Positions 29,387 to 39,897 are shown, numbered from the stretch's first letter. The stretch is 50,145 nt of DNA from an uncultured Candidatus Saccharibacteria bacterium (GCA_964611205.1 CAZSZB010000003.1:89764-139908); one strand, 5' to 3'. Numbers and translations are program-made. The notes: generated by a model from the sequence alone, not told the origin.

Positions 29387-29414
29387 CAAACTAATCAGTT
29401 AATGTAATAAAATT

Positions 29415-29858
29415 ATGTATCTTAACAAAGCAATGATCTACGGTAATTTAACCAGAGATCCAGAAATGAAAGCCCTGCCAAGCGGAATGAATGTAACTTC
29501 ATTTTCGTTAGCTACTAATCGTGTCTATAAAGATCGCGATGGTAAACAGCAAGAACAAGCTGACTATCACAATATTGTTGTGTTTGGTCGTCAAGCAGAG
29601 ACTGTCAACCAATATTTGAAGAAAGGTAGTGGTGCTTTTATAGAGGGTCGTCTACAAACTCGGTCTTGGGAAAAAGATGGAGTCAAACAATATCGTACTG
29701 AGATTGTTGCTGATCGGGTACAATTTGGACCACGCAGTGGAGGGGATGGAGGGTCTGCCAGTAACAATAATGCTGCCACAGGTTCTAATGATGAAAAGGC
29801 TCCAGAACCACCACAATATCCAGAGGAGGATATTAATCCAGAGGATATTCCATTCTAA
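29415..29858 (+). CDS. ssb: Single-stranded DNA-binding protein
   Basis: LNKAMIYGNLTRDPE, IEGRLQTRSW, C-terminal DIPF. Confidence 0.97.
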   Translation: MYLNKAMIYGNLTRDPEMKALPSGMNVTSFSLATNRVYKDRDGKQQEQADYHNIVVFGRQAETVNQYLKKGSGAFIEGRLQTRSWEKDGVKQYRTEIVADRVQFGPRSGGDGGSASNNNAATGSNDEKAPEPPQYPEEDINPEDIPF

Positions 29859-29886
29859 AGAATGATTCAGAAACTTAAATTAAATT

Positions 29887-30087
29887 ATGACAACCGAACA
29901 AACAAAAAAACAAACTCTCAATCATATTGATTACAAAAATATCACTAAATTGAAAGCTCATGTTAATCCACACGCACGAATGATGAATCGTCGTCGTACT
30001 GGTTTTACTGCTAAACAACAGCGTGATTTTGCACGAGCTATTAAGCGGGCTCGCTTTATGGCTCTAATGCCTTTCGTCTCTTACTAG
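29887..30087 (+). CDS. rpsR: 30S ribosomal protein S18 (no Zn-binding Cys)
   Basis: IDYKN, RRRTG..AKQQR..ARAIKRARFMALMPF. Confidence 0.95.
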   Translation: MTTEQTKKQTLNHIDYKNITKLKAHVNPHARMMNRRRTGFTAKQQRDFARAIKRARFMALMPFVSY

Positions 30088-30107
30088 TAAGAGTGCGTTT
30101 TTGTTAA

Positions 30108-30148
30108 GAAAACAGCTGGACAACCTGTAGGGTTGTCCAGCTGTTTTC
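30108..30148. terminator. Terminator after rpsR
   Basis: gaaaacagctggacaacc-tgtag-ggttgtccagctgttttc. Confidence 0.8.
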
Positions 30149-30200
30149 AATTGACAATCCTCACCGATACTGCTTTACTGTAATTAGAAAGGGGACTGCT

Positions 30201-30392
30201 ATGCAAGACTTGTTCCGACCGTTGCTTTTGACCTTACCGGCCAGCGTTTGGTTGGTGGTCAAAACCTACCAAGTAACAGGTAGTTGGTTTTTGGCCAGCC
30301 TAGCCTACCCATTTGGTGGAGCCATCGCTCTTCTGTTCTTTTCCATTCTCCTCAACTGGTGGTTACCAGCTGCAGGCGACAAGTTCAAGTAA
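30201..30392 (+). CDS. Small hydrophobic hypothetical protein
   Basis: 63 aa, two hydrophobic segments, AAAGGGG RBS-like element upstream. Confidence 0.5.
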   Translation: MQDLFRPLLLTLPASVWLVVKTYQVTGSWFLASLAYPFGGAIALLFFSILLNWWLPAAGDKFK

Positions 30393-30414
30393 GAGCAAGA
30401 CCGAGAATTAAGAA

Positions 30415-30447
30415 CAATCAAGGCGGCCCTGTGGGCCGCCTTGATTG
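30415..30447. terminator. Bidirectional terminator between the small ORF and efp
   Basis: caatcaaggcggccc-tgt-gggccgccttgattg. Confidence 0.75.
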
Positions 30448-30468
30448 AAAAAACGATAACTTGGTCTT

Positions 30469-31044
30469 TTATATTTTAGAAACTCGTTCTGAATATGTAC
30501 CTTGCTCGGTATTTACAGCGATGATGTCTCCTTGATTGATAAACTGAGGTACTTGTATTAAGTAGCCGGTTTCCAAGGTCACTTCTTTTGTGGCGTTCGA
30601 ACTAGTATTACCTTTAACAGCATCGCTAGCCTCCTTCACTTTAAGTTCCACCTTGATTGGTGTGATAATGCTCATTATCTCATCATTGAAGATGACTGCT
30701 TCCACTAAGGAATTACCAACCACGAAGTTGCTTAAATGTCCTACTATTTCTTCGCTTAGACTAAAGCGGGCACTTGGATTATCTGGTTCACAAAACCAGT
30801 GTTCTCCACGATTTTCATATAAATACTTTACGTCTCGCTTTTCTATCTGTGCTTCCTCCAGGACATCTGATTGGTGAAAAGTTCGATCAACTACTCCACC
30901 AGTTCGTAGGTTCTTCATCTTAACGTTATTGCTGGCTTTTTGTCGGTCTTTCTTTGAGATGGAGCTAGATAATACTAAATACGGATCTCCGTCCATAATG
31001 ACAGTTTTTTTAACGGTTAGCTCATTGTATTGTAATTTTGCCAC
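30469..31044 (-). CDS. efp: Elongation factor P
   Basis: DGDPY, KMKNLRTG, VKGNTSS.ATKEVTLETG..IQVPQFINQGD. Confidence 0.93.
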   Translation of the reverse strand: MAKLQYNELTVKKTVIMDGDPYLVLSSSISKKDRQKASNNVKMKNLRTGGVVDRTFHQSDVLEEAQIEKRDVKYLYENRGEHWFCEPDNPSARFSLSEEIVGHLSNFVVGNSLVEAVIFNDEIMSIITPIKVELKVKEASDAVKGNTSSNATKEVTLETGYLIQVPQFINQGDIIAVNTEQGTYSERVSKI

Positions 31045-31087
31045 GTTAGATTTTTCTTATGAATTAATGAATTAGAAAATCTTACGT

Positions 31088-31165
31088 CCAGCCTTATTTC
31101 GAGTGAGAGATGTTCTCGATATCGAATAATTTTTAACACTAATCAGTAACAAGAAATAAGGCTGG
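31088..31165 (-). repeat. 13-bp inverted-repeat hairpin in the efp leader (diverged CCCAGC-family candidate)
   Basis: ccagccttatttc / gaaataaggctgg; minus strand reads ACCCAGC...TTTC like copy A. Confidence 0.5.
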
Positions 31166-31208
31166 GTAAAACTTAACGACATAGTTTATACCATAAATCA
31201 CACCGTAA

Positions 31209-31856
31209 ATGCAAAGCGATGTAACTTCACAGCCTTATTATCGGTGCTATTATAAGACCATGTTAGGTTTAACTACTACTGACAAAGCGAGGGATTTATC
31301 GGATGAAGAAATCTTAGTTCGCTCACAAAAAGAACCTTGGATATTCACGGTTTTGCTAGAGCGTTACCAAGACGCCTTTATTCGCAAAGCACTTAGTGTG
31401 TTACATAATCAACTCGATGCTGAAGAAGTGGTACAAGACACTTTTACTAAGATCTATATCAACGCTGGCAAATTCAAACCCCAAGAAGATGCCAAGTTCA
31501 GTTCTTGGGCTTATCGTATTTTAATGAACACTGCTTTCACCAGATACCAAAAAAATTCTAAACATAAAGAGCGTTTCCAAAATATCGATCCAAATTTCGA
31601 GCAGTTGATAGGAGGGAAGGAGAATCATATTGGTTTTATGGAAAAAAGGGACGCCGTTGAACGCGTGTTAAAGCGCCTACCTGATCACTTTGTTTATGTA
31701 TTACGATTACATTATATTGAACGCTGGAGTCAGCAAGATATAGCAGAGAAAACCGGTGAGTCTACTGGCACTATAAAAACCCGAGTCCATCGAGCTAAAA
31801 AAGCTTTCCGCAAAGCATCAGGTGACGATGAGATTGAGTTTTTATTATCGGAATAG
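31209..31856 (+). CDS. ECF-type RNA polymerase sigma-70 factor (start may be 31260)
   Basis: DAEEVVQDTFTKIY, FSSWAYRI (region 2); LRLHY..WSQQDIAE..G.STGTIKTRVHRAK (region 4). Confidence 0.9.
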   Translation: MQSDVTSQPYYRCYYKTMLGLTTTDKARDLSDEEILVRSQKEPWIFTVLLERYQDAFIRKALSVLHNQLDAEEVVQDTFTKIYINAGKFKPQEDAKFSSWAYRILMNTAFTRYQKNSKHKERFQNIDPNFEQLIGGKENHIGFMEKRDAVERVLKRLPDHFVYVLRLHYIERWSQQDIAEKTGESTGTIKTRVHRAKKAFRKASGDDEIEFLLSE

Positions 31857-31912
31857 ATTTATCTGTAACTTATCTGGTATTGCATTAGTAATAAATAATA
31901 AGAGTAATCCAT

Positions 31913-32257
31913 GTGTATATGAATTCATCAATCCAAATTAGCAAACAAATAATGAGAAGGGTTTATTTCGCCTATACAGCTAGTATTTTAGCTAGTCCTC
32001 TGACTCTTTACTTGGCTATTTTTTTTGTCTCGTTAACAGTATTCACCAATATGGTTTTTGTGGCCAAGGTAATAGAAAATATACTAGCAGTTTCCGTTAA
32101 GGATGCTCCAACTTATATTTGGCAGACATTAGTCAACGGGGAAACTGTCACCTTACTAGCTTTGGGAGCAATGGTTTTTACCGCCTTATCTATTCATTGG
32201 CGTATTCGTGGATTATTTACTACCAGAGACTTACACTCCCAAACTCAGACTATTTAA
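31913..32257 (+). CDS. Small two-TM membrane protein, possible anti-sigma partner
   Basis: Directly downstream of the ECF sigma gene; two hydrophobic segments. Confidence 0.55.
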   Translation: MYMNSSIQISKQIMRRVYFAYTASILASPLTLYLAIFFVSLTVFTNMVFVAKVIENILAVSVKDAPTYIWQTLVNGETVTLLALGAMVFTALSIHWRIRGLFTTRDLHSQTQTI

Positions 32258-32269
32258 TATTTATTTAGC

Positions 32270-33376
32270 TTATCCAGCCTCCTCCTTCATTGCTTTTCTG
32301 ATATTTTTGAGGATTTCGTTAGTTAGTTTTTTGTCGTTTTTCAAGGTTGTCCGCGCAGCGTCATAGCCTCTACCTAATTTAACAACAGTAGACTCGTCGC
32401 CGCCTGGGGGAGTGTAAGAGTAGCTGGCTCCCGCCTTTGCGACCATTTTGAACTTTTCACCAAGAGCCAATAATTCTCCTTCACGGCTAATACCTTCACC
32501 ATAAATCAAATCAAACTCAGTCGTTCTAAAAGGAGCGGCAACTTTATTCTTGACCACCTTGACGCGGTGCCGACCACCAACTACTTCGTCACCTTTTTTA
32601 ATCTGAGCAATACGACGGATATCGAGACGAACAGAAGTATAGAATTTTAGAGCTTTACCACCAGGTGTAGTTTCTGGGTTACCAAACATAACCCCAATCT
32701 GCATTCTGATTTGGTTAATGAAGATAATAGAAGTTTTACCCTTACCAACAATAGATGTAAGTTTACGCAAGGCTTGACTCATCAAACGTGCTTGTTTACC
32801 TACGTGGTGGGCTCCCATCTCACCTTCAATCTCGTCTTTAGGAGTCAAAGCGGCCACTGAGTCGACGACAATAATATCGATTTTGCCACTACGTACGAGT
32901 GATTCGACGATTTCTAAGGCTTGTTCACCAGTATCTGGTTGTGAGATAAGTAGTTCGTCTAGTTTAACGCCAATATTTCTAGCATATTCCGGATCCATAG
33001 CGTGTTCCGCATCGATAAAAGCACAGATACCGCCAGCTTTTTGAGCTTCGGCTATGGCGTGTAATGATAGGGTGGTCTTACCAGATGATTCCGGTCCGTA
33101 GATTTCGATAATTCGTCCACGAGGAAAGCCACCGACTCCTAGAGCATCATCAAGCCCAATAGAGCCAGTAGATATTGAATCTACTTCTACGTGTCGGGTT
33201 TCGTCCAAGGTCATGATGGCATCATCGCCGAATTTTGTTTTTATACTACGTAGAGTTTCAGAAATATCTGCTCGGTCATTTTCTTTTTTCTCAGCTGTTA
33301 CAGCCTCTGTTTTCGCAGCAGTTTTTTTAGTAGCAGCTTTGGCAGCTTTCTTCACAGTCGCTTTTTTTGTAGACAT
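32270..33376 (-). CDS. recA: Recombinase RecA
   Basis: [47 protein letters not shown]. Confidence 0.98.
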   Translation of the reverse strand: MSTKKATVKKAAKAATKKTAAKTEAVTAEKKENDRADISETLRSIKTKFGDDAIMTLDETRHVEVDSISTGSIGLDDALGVGGFPRGRIIEIYGPESSGKTTLSLHAIAEAQKAGGICAFIDAEHAMDPEYARNIGVKLDELLISQPDTGEQALEIVESLVRSGKIDIIVVDSVAALTPKDEIEGEMGAHHVGKQARLMSQALRKLTSIVGKGKTSIIFINQIRMQIGVMFGNPETTPGGKALKFYTSVRLDIRRIAQIKKGDEVVGGRHRVKVVKNKVAAPFRTTEFDLIYGEGISREGELLALGEKFKMVAKAGASYSYTPPGGDESTVVKLGRGYDAARTTLKNDKKLTNEILKNIRKAMKEEAG

Positions 33377-33396
33377 AATATAATGGTTAGTAATTT

Positions 33397-33759
33397 TTAA
33401 TTTGGCTTATAGACAAAGGTACGGGAAAGGGTAATTGTGCGGCCATAACGATCGATACCTTTGATAGTGGTTATAGTATAGCCGTTTTCTAGTACTAATA
33501 CCTCCTTGAAATACCCATTTTTATCGGTATAAATTTCTCGATCATTAAGAGTTATCTTGACTATATTCTTTGCTCGTCCTTCTAGAGTAATTGTCCTCTC
33601 TGATTGTACTCGGTTTGGTTCAATAGTTAACTCTAAAACCGGACCAATCAAGATAAAGCGAGCTTGGAACAAAACGTACCCCACAAAAACTAGTAGGAAT
33701 AACCCAATAATGGAGTACTTGAAAATGTCTCTAAATGTAATATTAGAACCCATTCGCAT
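33397..33759 (-). CDS. Small membrane-anchored protein with Ig-like beta domain
   Basis: TM helix then ITLEG.A.N...ITLN.REI...KNGYF.E.L.LENG; start overlaps the ftsK stop (TAATG). Confidence 0.65.
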   Translation of the reverse strand: MRMGSNITFRDIFKYSIIGLFLLVFVGYVLFQARFILIGPVLELTIEPNRVQSERTITLEGRAKNIVKITLNDREIYTDKNGYFKEVLVLENGYTITTIKGIDRYGRTITLSRTFVYKPN

Positions 33760-35995
33760 TATCTTGATTCTATCATTTCGTCATCTTCTTCCGGAATTTG
33801 ATCTTCATTATCTGATACATCGCCTTGCGGTAGGATTTCCCGTGGCCGAGACCCCTCTTGTTGACCAATAACACCTCGCTCTTCGAGGATATCCATCAAG
33901 CGTGCCGCTCGGGAGTAACCAATACGTAGCTTGCGTTGCAAGTAGGAAGTAGAAGCTTTGCCAGCTTCTATCACAGCTCGTTTTGCTTCACCGTAGAGAT
34001 CATCGTCTTCATCCTCATCAGTTACTGCGCTAAAGAAAGCATCAGGATTATTTTCTTCATCTGTATCAAACGAAATAGCGTCTAGTTCGTGTGCCGCAGC
34101 CTGATTTTTCAGATATTCGACTACTTTCTTTAGCTCATCTTCAGATATGAAGGCAGACTGTAGACGAATAGGTTTTGATAGTTCGCCAGATAGGAACAAC
34201 ATATCTCCCGCTCCCAGTAGTTTCTCGGCTCCAACTTGGTCAAGGATGGTACGAGAGTCGATCTGTGAGGCCACCTGGAGCGCTAGGCGTGACGGAATGT
34301 TAGCTTTGATGGTACCAGTGATTACGTTAACCGATGGTCTCTGGGTTGCTAATACCAGGTGAATACCTACCGCCCGACTCATTTGTGCCAACCGCACAAT
34401 CGAAGCTTCGAGTTCTCGCGGGAACGCTTGCATAATGTCGGCCAACTCATCCATAACAATCACAATGTACGGCATCGCTTCTGGCAAACCATCGGCTTCT
34501 TCCTCAGGGGGCCTTTGCGGACAAACTCTTCTTTAGCCGGCCGGTAAATGTTTTCATGATACGAACCAATGTCGCGAACTTTTTCGGTCTGTAATATATC
34601 GTATCTTCTTTCCATTTCCTTGGTAGCCCATTTTAGAGCCATCAATGTCTTCTTGGCGTCGGTAATGACCGGAGTTAAGAGGTGTGGAATATCATTGTAA
34701 AGAGTCAGTTCCACTCGCTTTGGGTCAACCATGATAAACCGTAGTTGTTCTGGTGAGTTGCGGAAAAGTAGAGAAGTAACTAGTGCATGAATCATAACTG
34801 ACTTACCAGAACCAGTAGTACCAGCGATGAGGCAGTGCGGCATCTTAGCTACGTTAGCGAAGTGTGGCTTGCCTGTGATGTCTTTCCCAAGAGCTACCTG
34901 TAGTGGCTTAGGAGAATCAGTATATTCAATAGAATTAAGGAGGGAAGCCAAACCAATCATAGCCTTAGCAGTGTTAGGCACCTCTATACCCACGAGTGAC
35001 TTACCTGGGATTGGAGCTTCAATACGGATTGGTGAGGCAGCCAAAGCTAACTCCAGGTTATTCTGCAAACCAACGATTCTAGAAATTCGCACCCCTTCAG
35101 CAGGTTTTAGCGAGTAGCGGGTGACAGTTGGTCCAATGGCTACCTCATCCATTTCTACATCGATATTAAAGTTTTTCAGAGTGCGCTTAATGATGTTGGC
35201 GTTTGCCTTAACGTCACCCACCTTTGCTTTACCCTTATCTTTTTGCAGCAGAGACAATGGTGGCGGAGCATAAGGTCCTTCAAAGTTTGAGACAGCGAAC
35301 TCTCCCTTTTTATCTAATGCAGATTTTCCATCACTTATCCGCAACGCTCTTTTCTTTTTAGTTTCTTTATTTTCTACCGCATCTTCTTGTTCGTAACCAT
35401 CTTCCTCAGAGTCACCAATATCATCCGGTACGTTCATCTTCTGTAGTTCTTCCACCCCCAGGTCATCTTCCTCTTTTTTCTCCTTGCGTTTAAAGAATTT
35501 CAATAAATGCAGACCAGTGTCAAAGGTCAAGAAGACACCAATTAGCAGTACTGCTGCTAGAGCTACTCCAGTTGCGAGATTACCCATTAGGTAAGTCAAA
35601 GGGGTGTATAGTGCCCAACCAATCCAGCCACCGAAACTAACCTCGTATAGAGAAAAGAAACCAAGCAGAGATAAAAACAGGATAGTGATGCCAATTATTT
35701 TCGACATACTAACCTCGTCGTTCTCTTTTGGATTCATCATGGCGTACACATAAAAAGCACACAGTACAGGAGCGAGATATTTACCACCACCAAATAGTTG
35801 ATCCAAAGCTACGTGGGTCCAAGAGCCAATCATACCGGCCAAGTCAGCTAGCGAAAGCCCAACGAACACTCCCAGCAACACAAAGCCCACCGCTGCGATT
35901 GCTTGCTTGGTGTGAGGAGAGAGGTCTTCGAAAAAAGGTTTACTCTGCTGTCGGTTATTTTTTACGGTTATTTTTTTCTTTTTCTTCCGCGCCAT
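33759..35995 (-). CDS. ftsK: DNA translocase FtsK/SpoIIIE split by a 1-bp frameshift into 34460-35995 and 33759-34487
   Basis: N-terminal TMs, PHCLIAGTTGSGKS, DPKRVEL in the first ORF; PYIVIVMDELAD, HLVLATQRPS, LLGAGDML and gamma domain (ASTSYLQRKLRIGYSRAARL) in the second; frames join at a C5 run. Confidence 0.9.
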
Positions 35996-36227
35996 ATATA
36001 TAGTGTAACTGTTTGAGATAAATAAATTCTAGTAAGTGTATGAATAATATCACGTCCGGAGCCTGTTATTCACAATTTTAGTTAACCTACCGGATTTTAG
36101 ATAGTCTTTGGTCATTAGATTAGAAGGTACCAAAAGGTCCAAAAACCCTTGTATTTCAAAGACATTAGGTATATAGTACAAAGACAGTGTCCGATATAAA
36201 AATAGGGACAGTCTATAAGACAGATAT

Positions 36228-36929
36228 ATGAATACAAAGGACAATATTCTAAACGACAGTAGCTTTCAAAAGCTGCTTCACAATGATAACTATTATCAAC
36301 ATATTTTTAAAAAGACAGAAAAAATAGTGTCGGTTGTCTTCTATATTATCAATAATATAGACTTTGATAAAAAGTCAGAGACACAGATTAGTAACCTCGC
36401 TTCTAAAGCTCACCTTACTCACGAGCATGCTCTTCGGACACTGGAAGCTCGCCAATCATCAGCTAAAGAAATTCTTGAACAGTTTGCTCAAGCCTTGATT
36501 GGTCTAGATAGTACTCTACGGGTCGCTTCAGCGATGAGTCTGATCTCCTCTGACGTCTTGACGGTAGTGGTTAATGAAATCGATGCTGTCTTAAGAGGAA
36601 TCAATTCCTACATAGGTACCGACTCGTTTAGTTTTGCTGGTTCAACAGACGCAACAGTCACCCCTGCCAAGTCTAAGCCGGCGGCTGTTACCAGTAGTGC
36701 TTCCACTGGTCCAAAAACAGACAGCGTTGCTAAAAGTACTGCCGCCGATCGCAGACAGCGAATCATAACTATCTTAGAAGCGAAAGGTGAGGCTACTATC
36801 AAAGACATTTCTGAAATAATCACCGACTGTAGTGAAAAGACAATCCAACGTGAATTAAATACCTTGATAGAGGACAATCAGGTTAAAAGACAAGGTGAAA
36901 GACGTTGGTCTAGATATTCTTTATTCTAG
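36228..36929 (+). CDS. Hypothetical protein with C-terminal DeoR-like winged HTH
   Basis: RRQRIITIL..KGEATIKDI...SEKTIQRELNTL...GERRWSRY. Confidence 0.7.
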   Translation: MNTKDNILNDSSFQKLLHNDNYYQHIFKKTEKIVSVVFYIINNIDFDKKSETQISNLASKAHLTHEHALRTLEARQSSAKEILEQFAQALIGLDSTLRVASAMSLISSDVLTVVVNEIDAVLRGINSYIGTDSFSFAGSTDATVTPAKSKPAAVTSSASTGPKTDSVAKSTAADRRQRIITILEAKGEATIKDISEIITDCSEKTIQRELNTLIEDNQVKRQGERRWSRYSLF

Positions 36930-37729
36930 AACCTACTTGTTGGTTTGTTCTTTACAATAAAATTAAATTAATTTGTCTCATATAGTTTATAAAAGACAGT
37001 TAGTTACTTTTATCAAAGCCATAAGATCGTCTTGATTGTGTCCGTTTTGTTTCAAACGCGCCCAACCAAGACGACCTAAGTACCTTAACTTGCTTTTCAC
37101 CAAATATATTGCTTATTGGTATAAAGTCTAGTAAGAAAAGTGTTACTCAGTCGTCATAAAGAGCAGATCGTAAGTAGGATTTTATTTGGCTTGCAGTTAC
37201 CATTTTCGGTTGACTTATAAAGCTTAAACACGTATCCTCGTACGAATCGCTACAGATTTTATATAGTAGTTTCTCTACTATCCACAACGTTGTTGAGGAG
37301 AGTAGCAGCAAGACGCTATACTGTAGCAGTGTCCATCTTTGGCACGCTTTTTTTCTAAAGACTAAAAGTGTCAGAAAAGATGGGATGTTGTGTACTTTGA
37401 TAACGAGAAAAGATTCTCTACATAACAACCAACCAAATAATAAAGCGTTTTAATGACGCTCTATAAGTATTATATTTCTGCTTGACTTATTCCCGTCCTG
37501 ACCGCTCCTCAGATATTCAGACTTGACTCACAGCTAACCTATATATGTGTCGAATTAAAAGCGGTTGTTCATTTTAATTTATTAAAATCATGAATGACTT
37601 CTTAATGTATATAGGCTTAGTGATATACGTAAACAAAATTTTGTTTTGTTTGCGAATATGAATTAATTCATATTATTAGTATTAGTAATAACGGGTAGTA
37701 ATTACCTCATTACAAATTTAAAAAAAGTT

Positions 37730-39736
37730 ATGACTTTAACAAACAAAGTTGTTGCAAAGCTAGCAGTAGCATTTGTAGCAACATCAATGATGTTCTTCTC
37801 TGTTGCTCCTGCACAGGCGCAAACAGTTGCAGAACTACAGGCTCTGATCGACAGCCTAATGGCTCAGATCAATAGTCTAAGCTCACAAATCAGTGGAGGT
37901 TCATCTTCTACTGTATGTCCTTACACATGGTCACGTTCCCTATCTTCAGGGTCAACAGGAGCAGATGTAATGGCTCTTCAGAAGTTCCTAAACGGTTCTG
38001 CTGATACACAAGTTGCCGCCGCTGGTGCCGCTGGTTCAGCTGGTATGGAAACTTCTTACTACGGTCCTGCTACAGCAGCAGCGGTATCTAACTTCCAAGT
38101 TAAGTACCGAACAGAAATTCTGTCACCAGTTGGTTTAGTAAACCCTACAGGTTACTTTGGTCCATCATCAATGGCTAAAGCTAACTCACTATGTGTTACT
38201 ACAGGAACAGGAACAGGTTCAACAGGAACAGGTTCTGACGCTCTACAAGGTGGAGCAGGTTACATCGACGAAGCTAACTTCATCAGTTCTCTAAACAACG
38301 AAGAAGTTGGTGAGGGAACAGAAGATGTTGAAGTAATGGGACTAGGAGTAGTTGCAGAAAACTCTGACATCGCTCTTACAGCTATCAAAGTTACTTTTGA
38401 CATCGATGAAGGAACCGACAAGAATAATTCTTCTCGTCTAAACAAGTTTGCTGACGAGGTATCTCTCTGGCTTGATGGTAAAGAAATCGCTCGCGCTGAC
38501 GCAAGTGACTTTACAAAGAACAAGACAGGAGTTTACTACAACACATTTTCACTTAGCTCAGGTGCTGTCATTCGTGACGGTGATATGGGTGACCTAGTAG
38601 TTGCTGTTTCTGGTCTTCGAAACCTAGACTCAAACGACGCTGGAGAAGAGTGGGGAGTTCGTATCGACAGTGTTCGTTTCAAGGACGCTCAAGGTGCAAC
38701 AATCCAAACTACTGAAGGTGATATGGGTACATACCGAATCTTCAGTTTCGTTAGCTTCGCTACCGCTACTGACCTAGGTCTACGTGTCCGTTCAGGTGAT
38801 ACAGCTATCAACACAGCTCGAACTATCGAAGTATCAGCTACAGCTCGAACAAACGAGGTAGAAATTCTATCTTTCGAAGTCGAAGCTGAAGGTGGTTCTG
38901 ACTTGAATCTAGATGAGTTGGTAGTAGTTGCTTCAACAACAAACACCACCATTGATAAAGTTGTTTCAACAGCTTACCTCTACATGGATGGTAAAAAAGT
39001 TGGTTCTGAAAGCATCACAACATCAACTTCTACAATCGTTTTCGACGATCTAAATCTAGATCTTGATGCCGGAGACAAATACGACTTCGTCGTTAAAGTT
39101 GACTTCTTGAAGGCAACTAGCCCATTTGTTTCAGGTACTAAAATCGATGCAAAGGTTGAGTCTAGCGATGTTAAGAACACATGGGTAGTCGAAGACGAGA
39201 AGGGCGATAATCTAGTTACTACAGACCGTTCAGGTTCTGCTACAGCTGACGCTCACACTCTTGTTACTGCTGGTGTCAACATTGCTCTTGGTAACACAAG
39301 CGCTGTTGAAATCGTAGATGCAAACAACACAGCTGGAAACTACGGTAAGTTCACAATGGAAGTTAAAGTAACATCTATTGGTGACACTATCTACGTTAAA
39401 GAAACAGCTGCTTCAACAACAGTTGCTTCAACAACAGCTGGTCTATCCTACGTATTTGAAGACACAGCTGGTAACCAAATCAACACGGCTTCAAGTACTT
39501 CTGGATCATTCGCTCTTAAGAGTGGTGGTACAGTTGATGGTTCTTCAATCCGAATTGATGAGGGGCAAACAGCTACCTTCGAATTCGTTGGTACTTATGA
39601 CCCAACAGCTGCTGGACAGTTGCGTGCTCGTGTAGTCGGTGTCGGCTTTGGTACAACCAATGCTGGTACTGGTTCATCACAGACCGCTACTCCAGAGAAC
39701 AGCTACCGTTCTGGAAACGTGTACATCAACAACTAG
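37730..39736 (+). CDS. Secreted peptidoglycan-binding, S-layer-like surface protein
   Basis: Signal peptide (AQA), RSLSSGSTGADVMALQKFLN...YYGPATAAAVSNFQ PG-binding domain, Thr/Ser/Gly-rich beta repeats. Confidence 0.75.
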   Translation: MTLTNKVVAKLAVAFVATSMMFFSVAPAQAQTVAELQALIDSLMAQINSLSSQISGGSSSTVCPYTWSRSLSSGSTGADVMALQKFLNGSADTQVAAAGAAGSAGMETSYYGPATAAAVSNFQVKYRTEILSPVGLVNPTGYFGPSSMAKANSLCVTTGTGTGSTGTGSDALQGGAGYIDEANFISSLNNEEVGEGTEDVEVMGLGVVAENSDIALTAIKVTFDIDEGTDKNNSSRLNKFADEVSLWLDGKEIARADASDFTKNKTGVYYNTFSLSSGAVIRDGDMGDLVVAVSGLRNLDSNDAGEEWGVRIDSVRFKDAQGATIQTTEGDMGTYRIFSFVSFATATDLGLRVRSGDTAINTARTIEVSATARTNEVEILSFEVEAEGGSDLNLDELVVVASTTNTTIDKVVSTAYLYMDGKKVGSESITTSTSTIVFDDLNLDLDAGDKYDFVVKVDFLKATSPFVSGTKIDAKVESSDVKNTWVVEDEKGDNLVTTDRSGSATADAHTLVTAGVNIALGNTSAVEIVDANNTAGNYGKFTMEVKVTSIGDTIYVKETAASTTVASTTAGLSYVFEDTAGNQINTASSTSGSFALKSGGTVDGSSIRIDEGQTATFEFVGTYDPTAAGQLRARVVGVGFGTTNAGTGSSQTATPENSYRSGNVYINN

Positions 39737-39861
39737 TCCTCGTTTGACTTAACTTAGCTTGTCTAAGTTAAACCAACCCGGTCTAATTGCCTGATGGCAA
39801 AGATCTAGAAGGTAGAGCTAAAAGCTAGAAATAGCTAAAGCTAAAAACTGAGCCTCGGCTC

Positions 39862-39897
39862 AAACAAAAAAGCCCCCTTTGCGGGGCTTTTTTGTTT
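39862..39897. terminator. Terminator after the surface-protein gene
   Basis: aaacaaaaaagcccc...ggggcttttttgttt. Confidence 0.8.

Noticed and set aside
36066-37287. Possible replication origin (TTATTCACA at 36066, CTATCCACA at 37279)
   Set aside because: Only two scattered DnaA-box-like 9-mers, no cluster, no dnaA/dnaN nearby, and gene orientation stays mainly + on both sides
37147-37428. 93-aa minus-strand ORF in the large intergenic gap
   Set aside because: No recognisable motif, RBS or typical composition; left uncalled
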